Positions 43,822 through 52,937 of a stretch of DNA of 64,000 nt are shown one piece after another. Source of the stretch: Chloroflexota bacterium (GTDB lineage Bacteria; Chloroflexota; Anaerolineae; Caldilineales; Caldilineaceae); NCBI GenBank assembly GCA_003451595.1, contig DMDA01000101.1, positions 67,531 through 131,530 of the forward strand, written 5' to 3'. The position numbers and the translations under genes are program-made. Every line of letters begins with the position of its first letter. The first letter of the stretch is position 1. Below the pieces are notes generated by a model. It saw only the letters and a program-made list of their open reading frames with translations. It did not search any database and had not been told where the DNA came from.

Positions 43822-43843
43822 AAGGAAGGAAACCTATCAGTTC

Positions 43844-45109
43844 ATGCCACTCACCGACCCGGCAGCGGGGCACAGGGAACGGCTCCGCCAGCGCTTTGCG
43901 GCAAACGAGACAGCGCTGAGCAACGCCGAACTGCTGGAACTGCTACTCACCTACGCGATTCCCCGGCGGGATGTTGCACCCCTGGCACGGCGCTTACTGG
44001 CGCACTACGGCAATCTGACAACGGTTCTGGCAGCAGATACCGCCGACCTGCTGACAATTGACGGGATGGGCGAACAGGCGACCCTGCTGTTGCGACTGGT
44101 GGGGACGCTCGCCGGTGCGCCATCACAACCGCACCCCATACAATTCCCGCTGATGGATGACCTTGAGATAGACCTCTCCTCTGCCAACACAACGGAGGAT
44201 GATGATCGCGGGGAATATAATGTTGCCGCTGCGCATCTTGAGGTGGTGGATCAAGAAAAGATTGATGGGGAAGACGAGAAAGGTGTACTGCGAGCGTTTG
44301 TAAATGATGAAGTGATCCATGCACAGACCTTGCTGCCGCAAGCGCATCGCTTTCAGACGCTGGCTGAGTTTCACTCCCACCTTTGCGCCAATCTGCCCTA
44401 CAATGCCGCCACAACGCGCGTGCGCCGCGCCAATTATCTCATCAAGCGGTTCTTTCCTGACGGCGTCTTGGCAGTCCCGCTGGTCGAGTTCTTGCGCTGC
44501 ACTCAAAGCACATCGGCGCGCGACAGCGCCATCTTCTACGAATTGCTGCGCAGCGAGCCGCTGCTCCGCATGGTTGCTGAAGAACTGGTCTGGCCCGCCC
44601 TGGCGGATGGCAGCGTGACGCGGGAGACAATGCGTGCATTCCTCCTCCAGCACCTGCCGGCGCTCAGCCCATCTTCGTTAAAAAACAGTCTGCGCTCGAT
44701 TCTGACGGCATATAGCGCACTGGGCGTCGGCGAGGTTCGTGACAATGTCTTGTTGGTGCATACCCATCCCGGCGACCTGGATGGCTTTGTCTATGCCTTT
44801 TGTGCTGAGTTCCCGACACCGGGCGTTTATCGATTCGAGGATATGGAGCAGGGGCTGCTGCACAAAGGATTACTGTGGGACAGGGCGTGGCTGCGACGCC
44901 AGCTGTATCATCTGGAACGACTCGGATTGCTTGCCAAAGTCAGTGAAATCGATACGCTGCGTCAGTTCACTGTGCGCTACAGCCGCGCTGGAACCTTGTC
45001 CGCCTACTTCGCACTTGACTCGCAGATGATCGCCATGCTGCGCGAGGAGCCGACGGCGAGCAACCTATACGTTGCGGATTCACCCCAACAGGATGAACAG
45101 CACCCATGA
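43844..45109 (+). CDS. brxA: Fusion protein: RadC-N-terminal-like helix-hairpin-helix module + acidic linker + BrxA-like (DUF1819-like) domain
   Basis: The N-terminus (HRERLRQRF...LSNAELLELLLTYAIPRRDVAPLARRLLAHYGNLTTVLAADTADLLTIDGMGEQ) matches the RadC N-terminal pattern, but no JAB/MPN domain follows. The C-terminal half (AATTRVRRANYLIKRF..., LSPSSLKNSLRSILTAYSALGV) resembles BrxA as I remember it. It takes the first-gene position and is ATGA-coupled to the next ORF. Confidence 0.55.
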   Translation: MPLTDPAAGHRERLRQRFAANETALSNAELLELLLTYAIPRRDVAPLARRLLAHYGNLTTVLAADTADLLTIDGMGEQATLLLRLVGTLAGAPSQPHPIQFPLMDDLEIDLSSANTTEDDDRGEYNVAAAHLEVVDQEKIDGEDEKGVLRAFVNDEVIHAQTLLPQAHRFQTLAEFHSHLCANLPYNAATTRVRRANYLIKRFFPDGVLAVPLVEFLRCTQSTSARDSAIFYELLRSEPLLRMVAEELVWPALADGSVTRETMRAFLLQHLPALSPSSLKNSLRSILTAYSALGVGEVRDNVLLVHTHPGDLDGFVYAFCAEFPTPGVYRFEDMEQGLLHKGLLWDRAWLRRQLYHLERLGLLAKVSEIDTLRQFTVRYSRAGTLSAYFALDSQMIAMLREEPTASNLYVADSPQQDEQHP

Positions 45110-45645
45110 AATTGACCGGCCCCGAGATCATCAGCACACTGCGCGAACAATTGACGTTTACGATTGGCCGGCATCTCTATGTGGTCTTGGGTTCATACGC
45201 GCAACTGCGCACATTTGAGCAGGTCGATCTGACTGCGGCCGTGACGCGTGACGGAACGCCCTTGCCGGCGCCGATCAACCTGAACCGTCGTCTGCTCGAC
45301 ACGATCGACGACGCAACGCTGCGCCGGCTGATGAGCGACGAAGCGCGCCTGCCCAAATCGGTGCGCGCCCAGCTCGACGCAGCGCTGCGCCAGCTCCTGG
45401 ACAGTCTCTTTCGCACCAATTCGCTCGTGATCCTCAAGCAGGTCGAAATCCTTTTCGCCTATGGGCTTGATCTGAGTGCGTTTCGCACGGCGGCCACCAA
45501 TCAAAATCACCTGGTGCTGCTCTTGCCTGGCGCCTGGGTCTCCGACCGCGTCCACCTCTTTCACGAGGCCGACGCACGCTTTCACCGCACGCTGCCTGAA
45601 AACCTGGTTGCCGAAAACCACATTTGGGAGTTGACGAATGGCTGA
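45106..45645 (+). CDS. brxB: BrxB-like protein (DUF1788-sized)
   Basis: 179 aa, translationally coupled on both sides, in the position between brxA and brxC. The C-terminal LLLPGAWVSDRVHLF resembles the BrxB PG...LF segment. The assignment rests mainly on context. Confidence 0.55.
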   Translation: MKLTGPEIISTLREQLTFTIGRHLYVVLGSYAQLRTFEQVDLTAAVTRDGTPLPAPINLNRRLLDTIDDATLRRLMSDEARLPKSVRAQLDAALRQLLDSLFRTNSLVILKQVEILFAYGLDLSAFRTAATNQNHLVLLLPGAWVSDRVHLFHEADARFHRTLPENLVAENHIWELTNG

Positions 45646-48600
45646 ACGTTTCACCGCAGGACTCTATCAGCGCAAATCGCTCGATCAGATCACCGCTGTC
45701 CCCGATTCCATCATCAGTGTCTACGTCATCGAAAAACATATCTGGGCGGATGATGGTGGTGAGCCGGGGCTGCTGCAGGCGCGCAAGGCGCGTCGCGCCA
45801 ATCCGCGCACGGTGGACGAATTCCTGATACAGCCGGTGCGTGGCTTTCTCAACGACATCTTTCGCCAGATGGCCGCTCCCTACGACCCGGCGCAGAAGGA
45901 ACGCGCCATCGGGCAAGGCTACTGGGTGCAGGCTGAGTTTGGCTCGGGCAAGTCGCACCTGCTTTCGTTCGTCGGTGCGTTGGCGCTGGGCGACGAGGCT
46001 GCGTGGAACATCGTCCGGCGCAAAGAACAGGACGCAGGTCAGGGCCGCCGCGAAAGCCTTTACAGCTTCTACGAAGAAGGACTTGCGCGTAAGCAGCAGA
46101 ACGGGAAGGGCATCCTGGTGGCGGTCAAAACCCTGGTCGGCGAAGGCGGCGGCGCCATTGGCATGGCGGAGCATACGCGCTCGTTGACAGAGTACATCCT
46201 CGACGCAGTGGCGGAGCAGTTCTTTGTCGAGACCGGGCGCGTGCTGCCGCTCTACCCGTCGCAGTTGCTGGTGGAACGTTTCCTGGCGACAGATGACCTG
46301 AACCGTTACCAACGCGACCTGGCCCGATTTCTGAAAGACCCTGCCTGGTTCGACGACGAAGAACAGCAGGAGCTTGCCGACTTCATGGCGGCAATGAAAT
46401 CCCCTGACCCGAACATCCAGCGCGATGTCGGCGAACGTCTCTGGCGTTTCTATGAGCAATATCTGCGCATCCGTCCCCAGATTCCCATGGAGGCGGAGCC
46501 GATTCTGGAGCACATGGTCAACCGCCTGCTCGACGAGGGCTATGCCGGGCTGTTGCTGATCCTGGATGAGATTTCGCTCTTCATGAAGGGACGCAGCGAC
46601 GCACAGCGCGTCGAAGATGAGAAGACCCTGGTGGTGCTCGCCAATCGTCTGGCTAAGGTCAAGCACCTGCCGGTCTGGGTGGTGTGCGCGGCGCAGGAGA
46701 AACTCGAGACCAAGATGGCCGGCGTCAAGAACATCCTGGCGCGTGAACGCCTCGACCCGGTGCCGCTGCTCAGCGACCCGGCGGATTACGCCACGATTGC
46801 GCTGCACCGCGTGCGCACCATCACCGAGCCGGGCGCCATCGACCCCTATTACGAAGACTACAAGCGCAGTTTCAGTTGGCCCCAGGCAATCGGAAAAGCG
46901 GAATTTGCCCGTTTCTTTCCGTTCTTCCCGCCCAGCCTCGACATCATGCGCGCCATCTCCTACAACCTGACGACAGTGCGGTCGGCGCTTTACTTCATGC
47001 TCGAAACGTTAAAAACGCAACGCAAGCGCCAGTCCCGAGAAGTGATCACGCTCTGGGCGCTCTTCGAGGACATCGTGAAATATGAGGAAGACCCATCGGG
47101 TACGACGCGCGGCGTTGCCAGCATCAAGGTCAAGTGGCCCGATGTCTGGCACGCCTATGAAACCGCGCGCGCCCAGCTCGACGCACAGGTCAGGGGGCCG
47201 CTCATGCTCTATCGTCACCGGGCGGACAAGATCATCAAGACGCTCTTTCTCTATCACATTGCCGACCGCGCGCCTAACGGACTCAGCGCCGAAGAGCTGA
47301 TGAACAGCGTTATGGAATGGCGCGACCACGACAAGGGACAGACGGCGGACCTGCAGGACAATCTTGACCACTACACGGTGTTGTGCGACCAGATCGCCCT
47401 GGAAATTGCCCAGGTGGAACGCGTCGGCGCCAACTATCGCTTCCGCGCCACCAGTGGCTACACCCAGCCGAGCGAGCATTTCCAGCGGGCGCGCGCCGAA
47501 GTCGAACAGAGCCAGCAGGAACAGCGCGTTGCCTGGGAAGCGCTGCTGGCGCTCGATGGCTGGGAAGTCTCGGCGCAATTGATGAAGTTGAACCTGGGAC
47601 AGGGCATCCGCTCCGTCTTTCGCGCCATCGCGCCCGCTGCACAGACCGATGTCACGATAAAATGGCACGGACGCGAGATCAGTGGGCGCGTCTTCATGCG
47701 CGACCTGTTGAGCATCGCACGCCAGAACCACATGCTGCCCTCGATCAACAGCACCGAAACCGGGCTTGATTTTGCCGTCTTTATTAGCTCCACGCCGGTG
47801 ACTGATGAGATCGCACAGTTGATCGCAGCCCGCCAGGAGCCACGCGCCATTTTCTGGGCGCCCGACCCCTTAAGTGCCAGCGAACGCGATCTTCTGATCG
47901 ATTTTGGCGCCTACCGTAAGCTGGTCGCCGAGTTTGCCGGTCGCGACTCGGAGGAAGCGCGCGCGGTCCTCGAATGGGTGCAGCATCGGCTGCGCGACCA
48001 GATGGGGTCGATCTATCGGATCGTACCCGGCGCTTACAGTCGCGGCGTCATGGCGGCGGTGAACCACCAGCGACTCGACATTACTGTCACCGGAGAACTG
48101 ACCGCTTTCTTGACGCCTGTCGTCGGTCAGGTGCTCGACAGCGTCTATATCAGCAGCGAGCTGGAATTCACGGCGCCGGCCCCCTTCAACGATGCCAACG
48201 CCATCAATGTCATCAACGGTATCGTCAAAGTCGGCGAGATCGAACGCGGCGCAAAACCGAACCGCGACATTTCCGCGGCGCAGAACTATGGCTTTGATCT
48301 GCGCATCATGCGCCGCCCACATGATCGCAAACTCGACCTGACCGACTGTCGCTACACGCGAGCGATCGCCACCTTCCTCGAAGATAAGCTGGGGGCGTCG
48401 GGCGCCGAAATGCCTGTCGTCACGCTCTACAAAAATTTCATGGGCATCGGCGGCCCCGGCGATGTGAACTATGGTCTCAGCAAACGCATGGTGCAGCTTT
48501 ACCTGCTTTGTCTGGTGCGTGAAGGCAAGGTGCGCGTTGGCCTCTCGCCCAGGGCGGCGCCGCTGGAGACGATCGACTATGGCAACATCGCTTCCATTGA

Positions 48601-49948
48601 CTTCAAGACCGCCGTGCTCGATGCGTTTGAGCGCGTGCAGCTGGTGGCCGCGCCGGAAGGGTGGGAATTGCTGGCGCCCTACGCTGCCGTCCTCCTCGAC
48701 GACCCATCCGTCACGACCATCAGCGATGAAGCCGACATCCAGGCTGTGATCCAACGCCTGTTGCGCCAGCGCGATACGGAACGGGCATCGCTGCGCAGCC
48801 TGACCGCCGAGCTGGCGCCGATCTTTGCCGAGCTTGGCTACAACGCCGCCGAGTTCAACGTGCGCCTTGCCCAATGGCAACGCTATCTCGATGCCCATGT
48901 CGATGTGGCGGATGCGATCACGGGGCTGCGTATTGCGCTCGACCGCGCCTTCGACTACGAAGTGTATGCGGGCGACCGCGTCGCCCCCGATGAAGTCGAC
49001 GATCTGAAGTTGCGCCGCGACGAACTGCGGCAGTTAGAGCAATTCGCCAGACATGGCAGTCAGCTCCGCGCCATTGCCCGGTATGTGCGCGCAGAATTGC
49101 CCACTGCCAGCGAGTTCGACGCGCTGCGCAATGCGTTCGCCGCTGCGCGCGCGGCGCTCGTCTCGCTGCCGACCCTCATCGCCAGCGAGGCGCGGCTGAC
49201 CAGCGAACTGCTCGACCCGATGCGCGAGGCCATCAGCAGCTATGCAGTGCGCTACTTGCAGCGCTTCGACCGCGTGACCGCGCGCGCCGAGGAGGTGCGC
49301 CAACTGCTGCACGCAGCCGAGCGCCTGCCAGACTTCGTGGTCCTGGAGACGCTGGCTGGCGTCACGCAGCTCGGCGCGGATGGCTTGCAGACTGTGCGCG
49401 CCTTTATCAACCGACAGCTTGACGACGCAGCAACGCTGAGACCGACGCGGATCACGCGCGGCGAAGCGGAGCGCGCCTTGAACGAGTGGCCGCAACCCTC
49501 TGGCTGCGAGATCACTCTAAGCAATGCCGACGAATGGATGGCGCGTCTCGACGCAGTTGCAGAGGAACTCGACGACCTGCTTCGGCAGAGCCTGCATGAG
49601 AAAGCGGCCGTGCTTGCCAGCAGCGCCCTGCGCGACCGCTTGCAGCAGCACACCGACGCGCCGTTCGTTCGCAGCCTGCTCGCGGCGCCGGACGCCGCCG
49701 CAGTTGCCGACGCGCTGCGCACCACTATCGGCGCAGCGAACAGCGCCGACCGTGCAGCGATGGCCGCCGCGCTGGCGCAGGCACTGCGCCAGGTTGTCGT
49801 GAAACGTCTGCGACTGGCAGACTTCAAGCCGACCCTGCGCACGCTCGAACGCACCGACATCGAGGACGTTGTCGCCGAATTTCGCACCTTCTTGACCAGC
49901 GCCATGACCGAAGATCGCGCAACGCACACTGTGCTCGAACTGGAGTAG
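45638..49948 (+). CDS. brxC: BrxC/PglY-type large P-loop ATPase
   Basis: 1436 aa with Walker A AEFGSGKSHLLSF near residue 100. Size and position are typical of BrxC. Confidence 0.8.
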   Translation: MAERFTAGLYQRKSLDQITAVPDSIISVYVIEKHIWADDGGEPGLLQARKARRANPRTVDEFLIQPVRGFLNDIFRQMAAPYDPAQKERAIGQGYWVQAEFGSGKSHLLSFVGALALGDEAAWNIVRRKEQDAGQGRRESLYSFYEEGLARKQQNGKGILVAVKTLVGEGGGAIGMAEHTRSLTEYILDAVAEQFFVETGRVLPLYPSQLLVERFLATDDLNRYQRDLARFLKDPAWFDDEEQQELADFMAAMKSPDPNIQRDVGERLWRFYEQYLRIRPQIPMEAEPILEHMVNRLLDEGYAGLLLILDEISLFMKGRSDAQRVEDEKTLVVLANRLAKVKHLPVWVVCAAQEKLETKMAGVKNILARERLDPVPLLSDPADYATIALHRVRTITEPGAIDPYYEDYKRSFSWPQAIGKAEFARFFPFFPPSLDIMRAISYNLTTVRSALYFMLETLKTQRKRQSREVITLWALFEDIVKYEEDPSGTTRGVASIKVKWPDVWHAYETARAQLDAQVRGPLMLYRHRADKIIKTLFLYHIADRAPNGLSAEELMNSVMEWRDHDKGQTADLQDNLDHYTVLCDQIALEIAQVERVGANYRFRATSGYTQPSEHFQRARAEVEQSQQEQRVAWEALLALDGWEVSAQLMKLNLGQGIRSVFRAIAPAAQTDVTIKWHGREISGRVFMRDLLSIARQNHMLPSINSTETGLDFAVFISSTPVTDEIAQLIAARQEPRAIFWAPDPLSASERDLLIDFGAYRKLVAEFAGRDSEEARAVLEWVQHRLRDQMGSIYRIVPGAYSRGVMAAVNHQRLDITVTGELTAFLTPVVGQVLDSVYISSELEFTAPAPFNDANAINVINGIVKVGEIERGAKPNRDISAAQNYGFDLRIMRRPHDRKLDLTDCRYTRAIATFLEDKLGASGAEMPVVTLYKNFMGIGGPGDVNYGLSKRMVQLYLLCLVREGKVRVGLSPRAAPLETIDYGNIASIDFKTAVLDAFERVQLVAAPEGWELLAPYAAVLLDDPSVTTISDEADIQAVIQRLLRQRDTERASLRSLTAELAPIFAELGYNAAEFNVRLAQWQRYLDAHVDVADAITGLRIALDRAFDYEVYAGDRVAPDEVDDLKLRRDELRQLEQFARHGSQLRAIARYVRAELPTASEFDALRNAFAAARAALVSLPTLIASEARLTSELLDPMREAISSYAVRYLQRFDRVTARAEEVRQLLHAAERLPDFVVLETLAGVTQLGADGLQTVRAFINRQLDDAATLRPTRITRGEAERALNEWPQPSGCEITLSNADEWMARLDAVAEELDDLLRQSLHEKAAVLASSALRDRLQQHTDAPFVRSLLAAPDAAAVADALRTTIGAANSADRAAMAAALAQALRQVVVKRLRLADFKPTLRTLERTDIEDVVAEFRTFLTSAMTEDRATHTVLELE

Positions 49949-49950
49949 CG

Positions 49951-52749
49951 ATGACCGCCACAATGCTGGAAGCATGGATTCTGGAGAAGATTGAGCCACA
50001 TCGCACCGCACCGTTGGTGATCGTGTGCGACCCGCAGCGCATGATTCAAAGCGGCGCCGTAGCGGTCGATGGCTGGGCGGAACGGCATGGCTTCACGGTG
50101 CTCTTCTGCACCGGTAACCTGGCGCTGCGCGAGATGTACGAGGCGATGCGCGACGACCCAGATGTGCGCACCCTGTTGGTCGACCGCAGCCGCACCCACG
50201 CCACAACGCCGCTCTTCTACCCCGATCTGGATGTTGCGGCTGGCCGGCGGCGCCAGTTGACGATAACCTTACGCGACTTTCTGATTGAGAAGACGGGCGA
50301 CCCGACTTGGCCGCAAGCTGTCAATATGCGCGAATACGCGCGCCTGCTACTCACCAATCTGCCCAACGTGCTCGCGGCGCACGCCCAGCTGCGCGCCGTG
50401 CGCGCTAGCGGTTTTTCGGACGCCGACCTGCACAAGATCATCATTGGGGCTGCGCTCGCCATCAACCCGTTCGGCAAGATCGCCGTCGGCGACATCCGGC
50501 GCATCGCACTGGAACATCACCATACGCTAGACGAACTCAAGCGCACCCTGCCGGAGGCAGCCATGGCAGCCTGGCGCAGTGCGCTGGCGAAGGTGCAAAA
50601 ACCGTTCTGTGACCTTCTGGATGGCGATGCCCCCACGATCCTGCGCGCCTTCATCCTGGCGGCACTGCTAAAACAACATGGACTTGACCATCGCCTGCTG
50701 TTGAGCAATCTCGATCCGCAGTTGCACCTCTACCGCGACATCGATCCCGCCTTCCTGGATGAAGCGCTGCACGACCAGCTCGACGCCAACCCCGATCGCG
50801 TCGTCGCCGATGTGCGTGCGGTGGAGAGCTATCTGCTGGAAAGCGCAAGCGCGTTCGTGCTCTTGCTGCGCGACCAACTTCAGCTCGACGATCCTGAACA
50901 CGCCCGCGCCGTGTTAGAGCGCGAACGTCTCTCACCACTGATCCGCAGCATGGCGCTCTTTTCGCTGTTGGTGGATCTGCTCACAACGCACAACCTCAAG
51001 TTTCATCGCGGCGTTCACCAACTGCTCCAGGCGCAAGACCGCCGCACCGACATGCTGGCGTTGCGCCGTCCTGACGAACAGTGGCTGACCCTGACCAACG
51101 TCTATGGCAAGGCAGTGACCACGTTCGAGGTGGTGACGCGGCTGGTGCAGAGCACCAGGAAACTCAAAGCCATAACGGACGACGCGCTGGAACTGGCGTT
51201 CTTTGACGAACTCTGGAACACACACCGGGTCAACCGCTTCGACTACTACGCCTCCGATCTGGAGCGCACGCTGCGCGTGGGCGCCTTGTTGCCGGTGACG
51301 CAGCGGCGGTTCTGGCCCGAGCTGGCGGTGCGCTGGGAGACTGCACGCCGCGAACTGAGCAGCGCACTCCAAGCCGCCAGCCAGATGATGGACGCAGTCA
51401 ACCATCGCTTTCAGAACCTTTACCGACGCCATTACGCCGATTGGATTCAACGCAGCGACGCCCCGGTCATCTTCACCCATCAGTTTCTCGACCGCATGCT
51501 CAAGGCGCACTGGGATGCACAGGGCGCGCGCCGAGCCGTCATCCTGATCTTCGACGGCATGCGCACCGACGCCTTCGACGAGTTTTTGCTACCCGTGCTC
51601 GAAGAGCGCTATCGAGTGATCGCCCGTCGTCCCGGCAGCGCCATTTTGCCGACAGAGACGCACCTGAGTCGCAAGGCAATTGCTGCCGGAACCCTGCCAG
51701 TACACTTCGCCGCCAACAGTGAGCTGGAACTGCTGAAACGCTGGCTTAAAACAACCTGGAATCTGTCGCCCACCTTCGAGGTGGTCAAGGACGACGACAC
51801 AGTGGCGTCGGGGATGACGGTGCGTTATCGTTCCGAGCGGCTGGAGTACATCATCTTCAACTTCACCGACAAGAATCTCCACAACAACGACCAGGAACTG
51901 GCGCTGATCTACGACACCACCGTGCGCGAAATCATCCGTCAAGACGTACGCGGCGTGCTGCGCGACCTGCCCGACGATGCCCTGATCTTCGTGACCAGCG
52001 ACCACGGCTTTGCGCCCGTCCCCCACAAAGCGCTGGCGCTGGATGCAAGCGTGGTGGCGGGGCCACAGGATGTCAAGTATCGCGTCGCGCGCACGCGCAA
52101 ACGCGTCCCCGATGCACAGCAGCCGTCCGTGGTGGAGTTCGACGCGCGCACGCTGGCGATCCCGCTGACCGGCGCCGCCGGCGCGCCCGTGCATTCGATC
52201 CTCTTTCCGCGCCCGGGGCTGGCGCTGCAGCGCCCCAACGCCGCGTTCCGCCCCGACCGCTACACCCACGGCGGGCTGAGCATGGCCGAATGCTTTGTCC
52301 CGATGGTCGTGCTGGGGCCGCCGGACGCCCAACAGCCGCTGCTGCGCATCGAGCGCTTCGTGCAGAGCGGCGCCCTGCGCGAAGGCGAGCCAGTCACGCT
52401 GGAGCTGGCGCTGGCGCCCATGCGCATCGGCGCGGAGGAGCAGGTCATCACGATTGCCTTCAGCACGCCAGATATTGCACCGCGGCGTGAGTTGTTCGCA
52501 GGCCGGCCCGTCACCTACAGCATGACCTGGATGCCGCCGCTGGGCGAGATCGACGACGCCGCACGCGCCTCTGGCGAGGTGCGCATCCCCGTGACCGCCA
52601 TCGTGACCTGGGAGGAAGGCGAACAGCGGCAGCGCGCAAGTCGCACGCTGGATGTTCGCGTCAAACTCGACCCCACGCGGCTGCGCCGCCGCGTCGATTC
52701 CAAGCTCGATCTGCTGGTGGGCAAGGTGCCGAAGGGACTGCAGGGATGA
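49951..52749 (+). CDS. pglZ: PglZ-domain (alkaline-phosphatase-fold) BREX protein
   Basis: 932 aa with PglZ-type motifs ILIFDGMRTDAF and FVTSDHGF. It starts 2 nt after the brxC stop. Confidence 0.85.
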   Translation: MTATMLEAWILEKIEPHRTAPLVIVCDPQRMIQSGAVAVDGWAERHGFTVLFCTGNLALREMYEAMRDDPDVRTLLVDRSRTHATTPLFYPDLDVAAGRRRQLTITLRDFLIEKTGDPTWPQAVNMREYARLLLTNLPNVLAAHAQLRAVRASGFSDADLHKIIIGAALAINPFGKIAVGDIRRIALEHHHTLDELKRTLPEAAMAAWRSALAKVQKPFCDLLDGDAPTILRAFILAALLKQHGLDHRLLLSNLDPQLHLYRDIDPAFLDEALHDQLDANPDRVVADVRAVESYLLESASAFVLLLRDQLQLDDPEHARAVLERERLSPLIRSMALFSLLVDLLTTHNLKFHRGVHQLLQAQDRRTDMLALRRPDEQWLTLTNVYGKAVTTFEVVTRLVQSTRKLKAITDDALELAFFDELWNTHRVNRFDYYASDLERTLRVGALLPVTQRRFWPELAVRWETARRELSSALQAASQMMDAVNHRFQNLYRRHYADWIQRSDAPVIFTHQFLDRMLKAHWDAQGARRAVILIFDGMRTDAFDEFLLPVLEERYRVIARRPGSAILPTETHLSRKAIAAGTLPVHFAANSELELLKRWLKTTWNLSPTFEVVKDDDTVASGMTVRYRSERLEYIIFNFTDKNLHNNDQELALIYDTTVREIIRQDVRGVLRDLPDDALIFVTSDHGFAPVPHKALALDASVVAGPQDVKYRVARTRKRVPDAQQPSVVEFDARTLAIPLTGAAGAPVHSILFPRPGLALQRPNAAFRPDRYTHGGLSMAECFVPMVVLGPPDAQQPLLRIERFVQSGALREGEPVTLELALAPMRIGAEEQVITIAFSTPDIAPRRELFAGRPVTYSMTWMPPLGEIDDAARASGEVRIPVTAIVTWEEGEQRQRASRTLDVRVKLDPTRLRRRVDSKLDLLVGKVPKGLQG

Positions 52750-52847
52750 GTTCGGCGATGCCCTTGGCGGCTTAGGCAGAAACGGCGTCGCCGTGTGGCA
52801 TGTGGAACAAGCACAGATGAATACGGCAAGCATTCAATGCGATTTGG

Positions 52848-52883
52848 CACGACTTCGTGGACTTCAGCTGAAGTCGTGTTTCT
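52848..52883 (+). terminator. Palindrome-rich terminator-like structure after pglZ
   Basis: cacgacttc (52848-52856) pairs with gaagtcgtg (52870-52878), followed by tttct. The perfect 16-bp palindrome gacttcagctgaagtc (52860-52875) is nested inside. Confidence 0.45.
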
Positions 52884-52937
52884 GCATACCGCGTGAACCG
52901 GCACCAGCCTCTGCACTATTGCGAAAAAAAGGCGAGG

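Noticed and set aside
43769-43843. Track-proposed start of the BrxA-like fusion at 43769
   Set aside because: It begins only 5 nt after the putative -10 element and reads through the 10-bp tandem repeat. ATG 43844 has a strong aaggaagga RBS.
45434-52833. Series of long minus-strand ORFs (45434-46807, 47009-47731, 47870-48898, 49252-50199, 50932-51510, 51589-52833)
   Set aside because: All lie antisense to the motif-bearing brxC and pglZ genes, overlap each other's frames, and have Arg/Ala/Gly-biased junk-like translations. They are shadow ORFs of high-GC genes.
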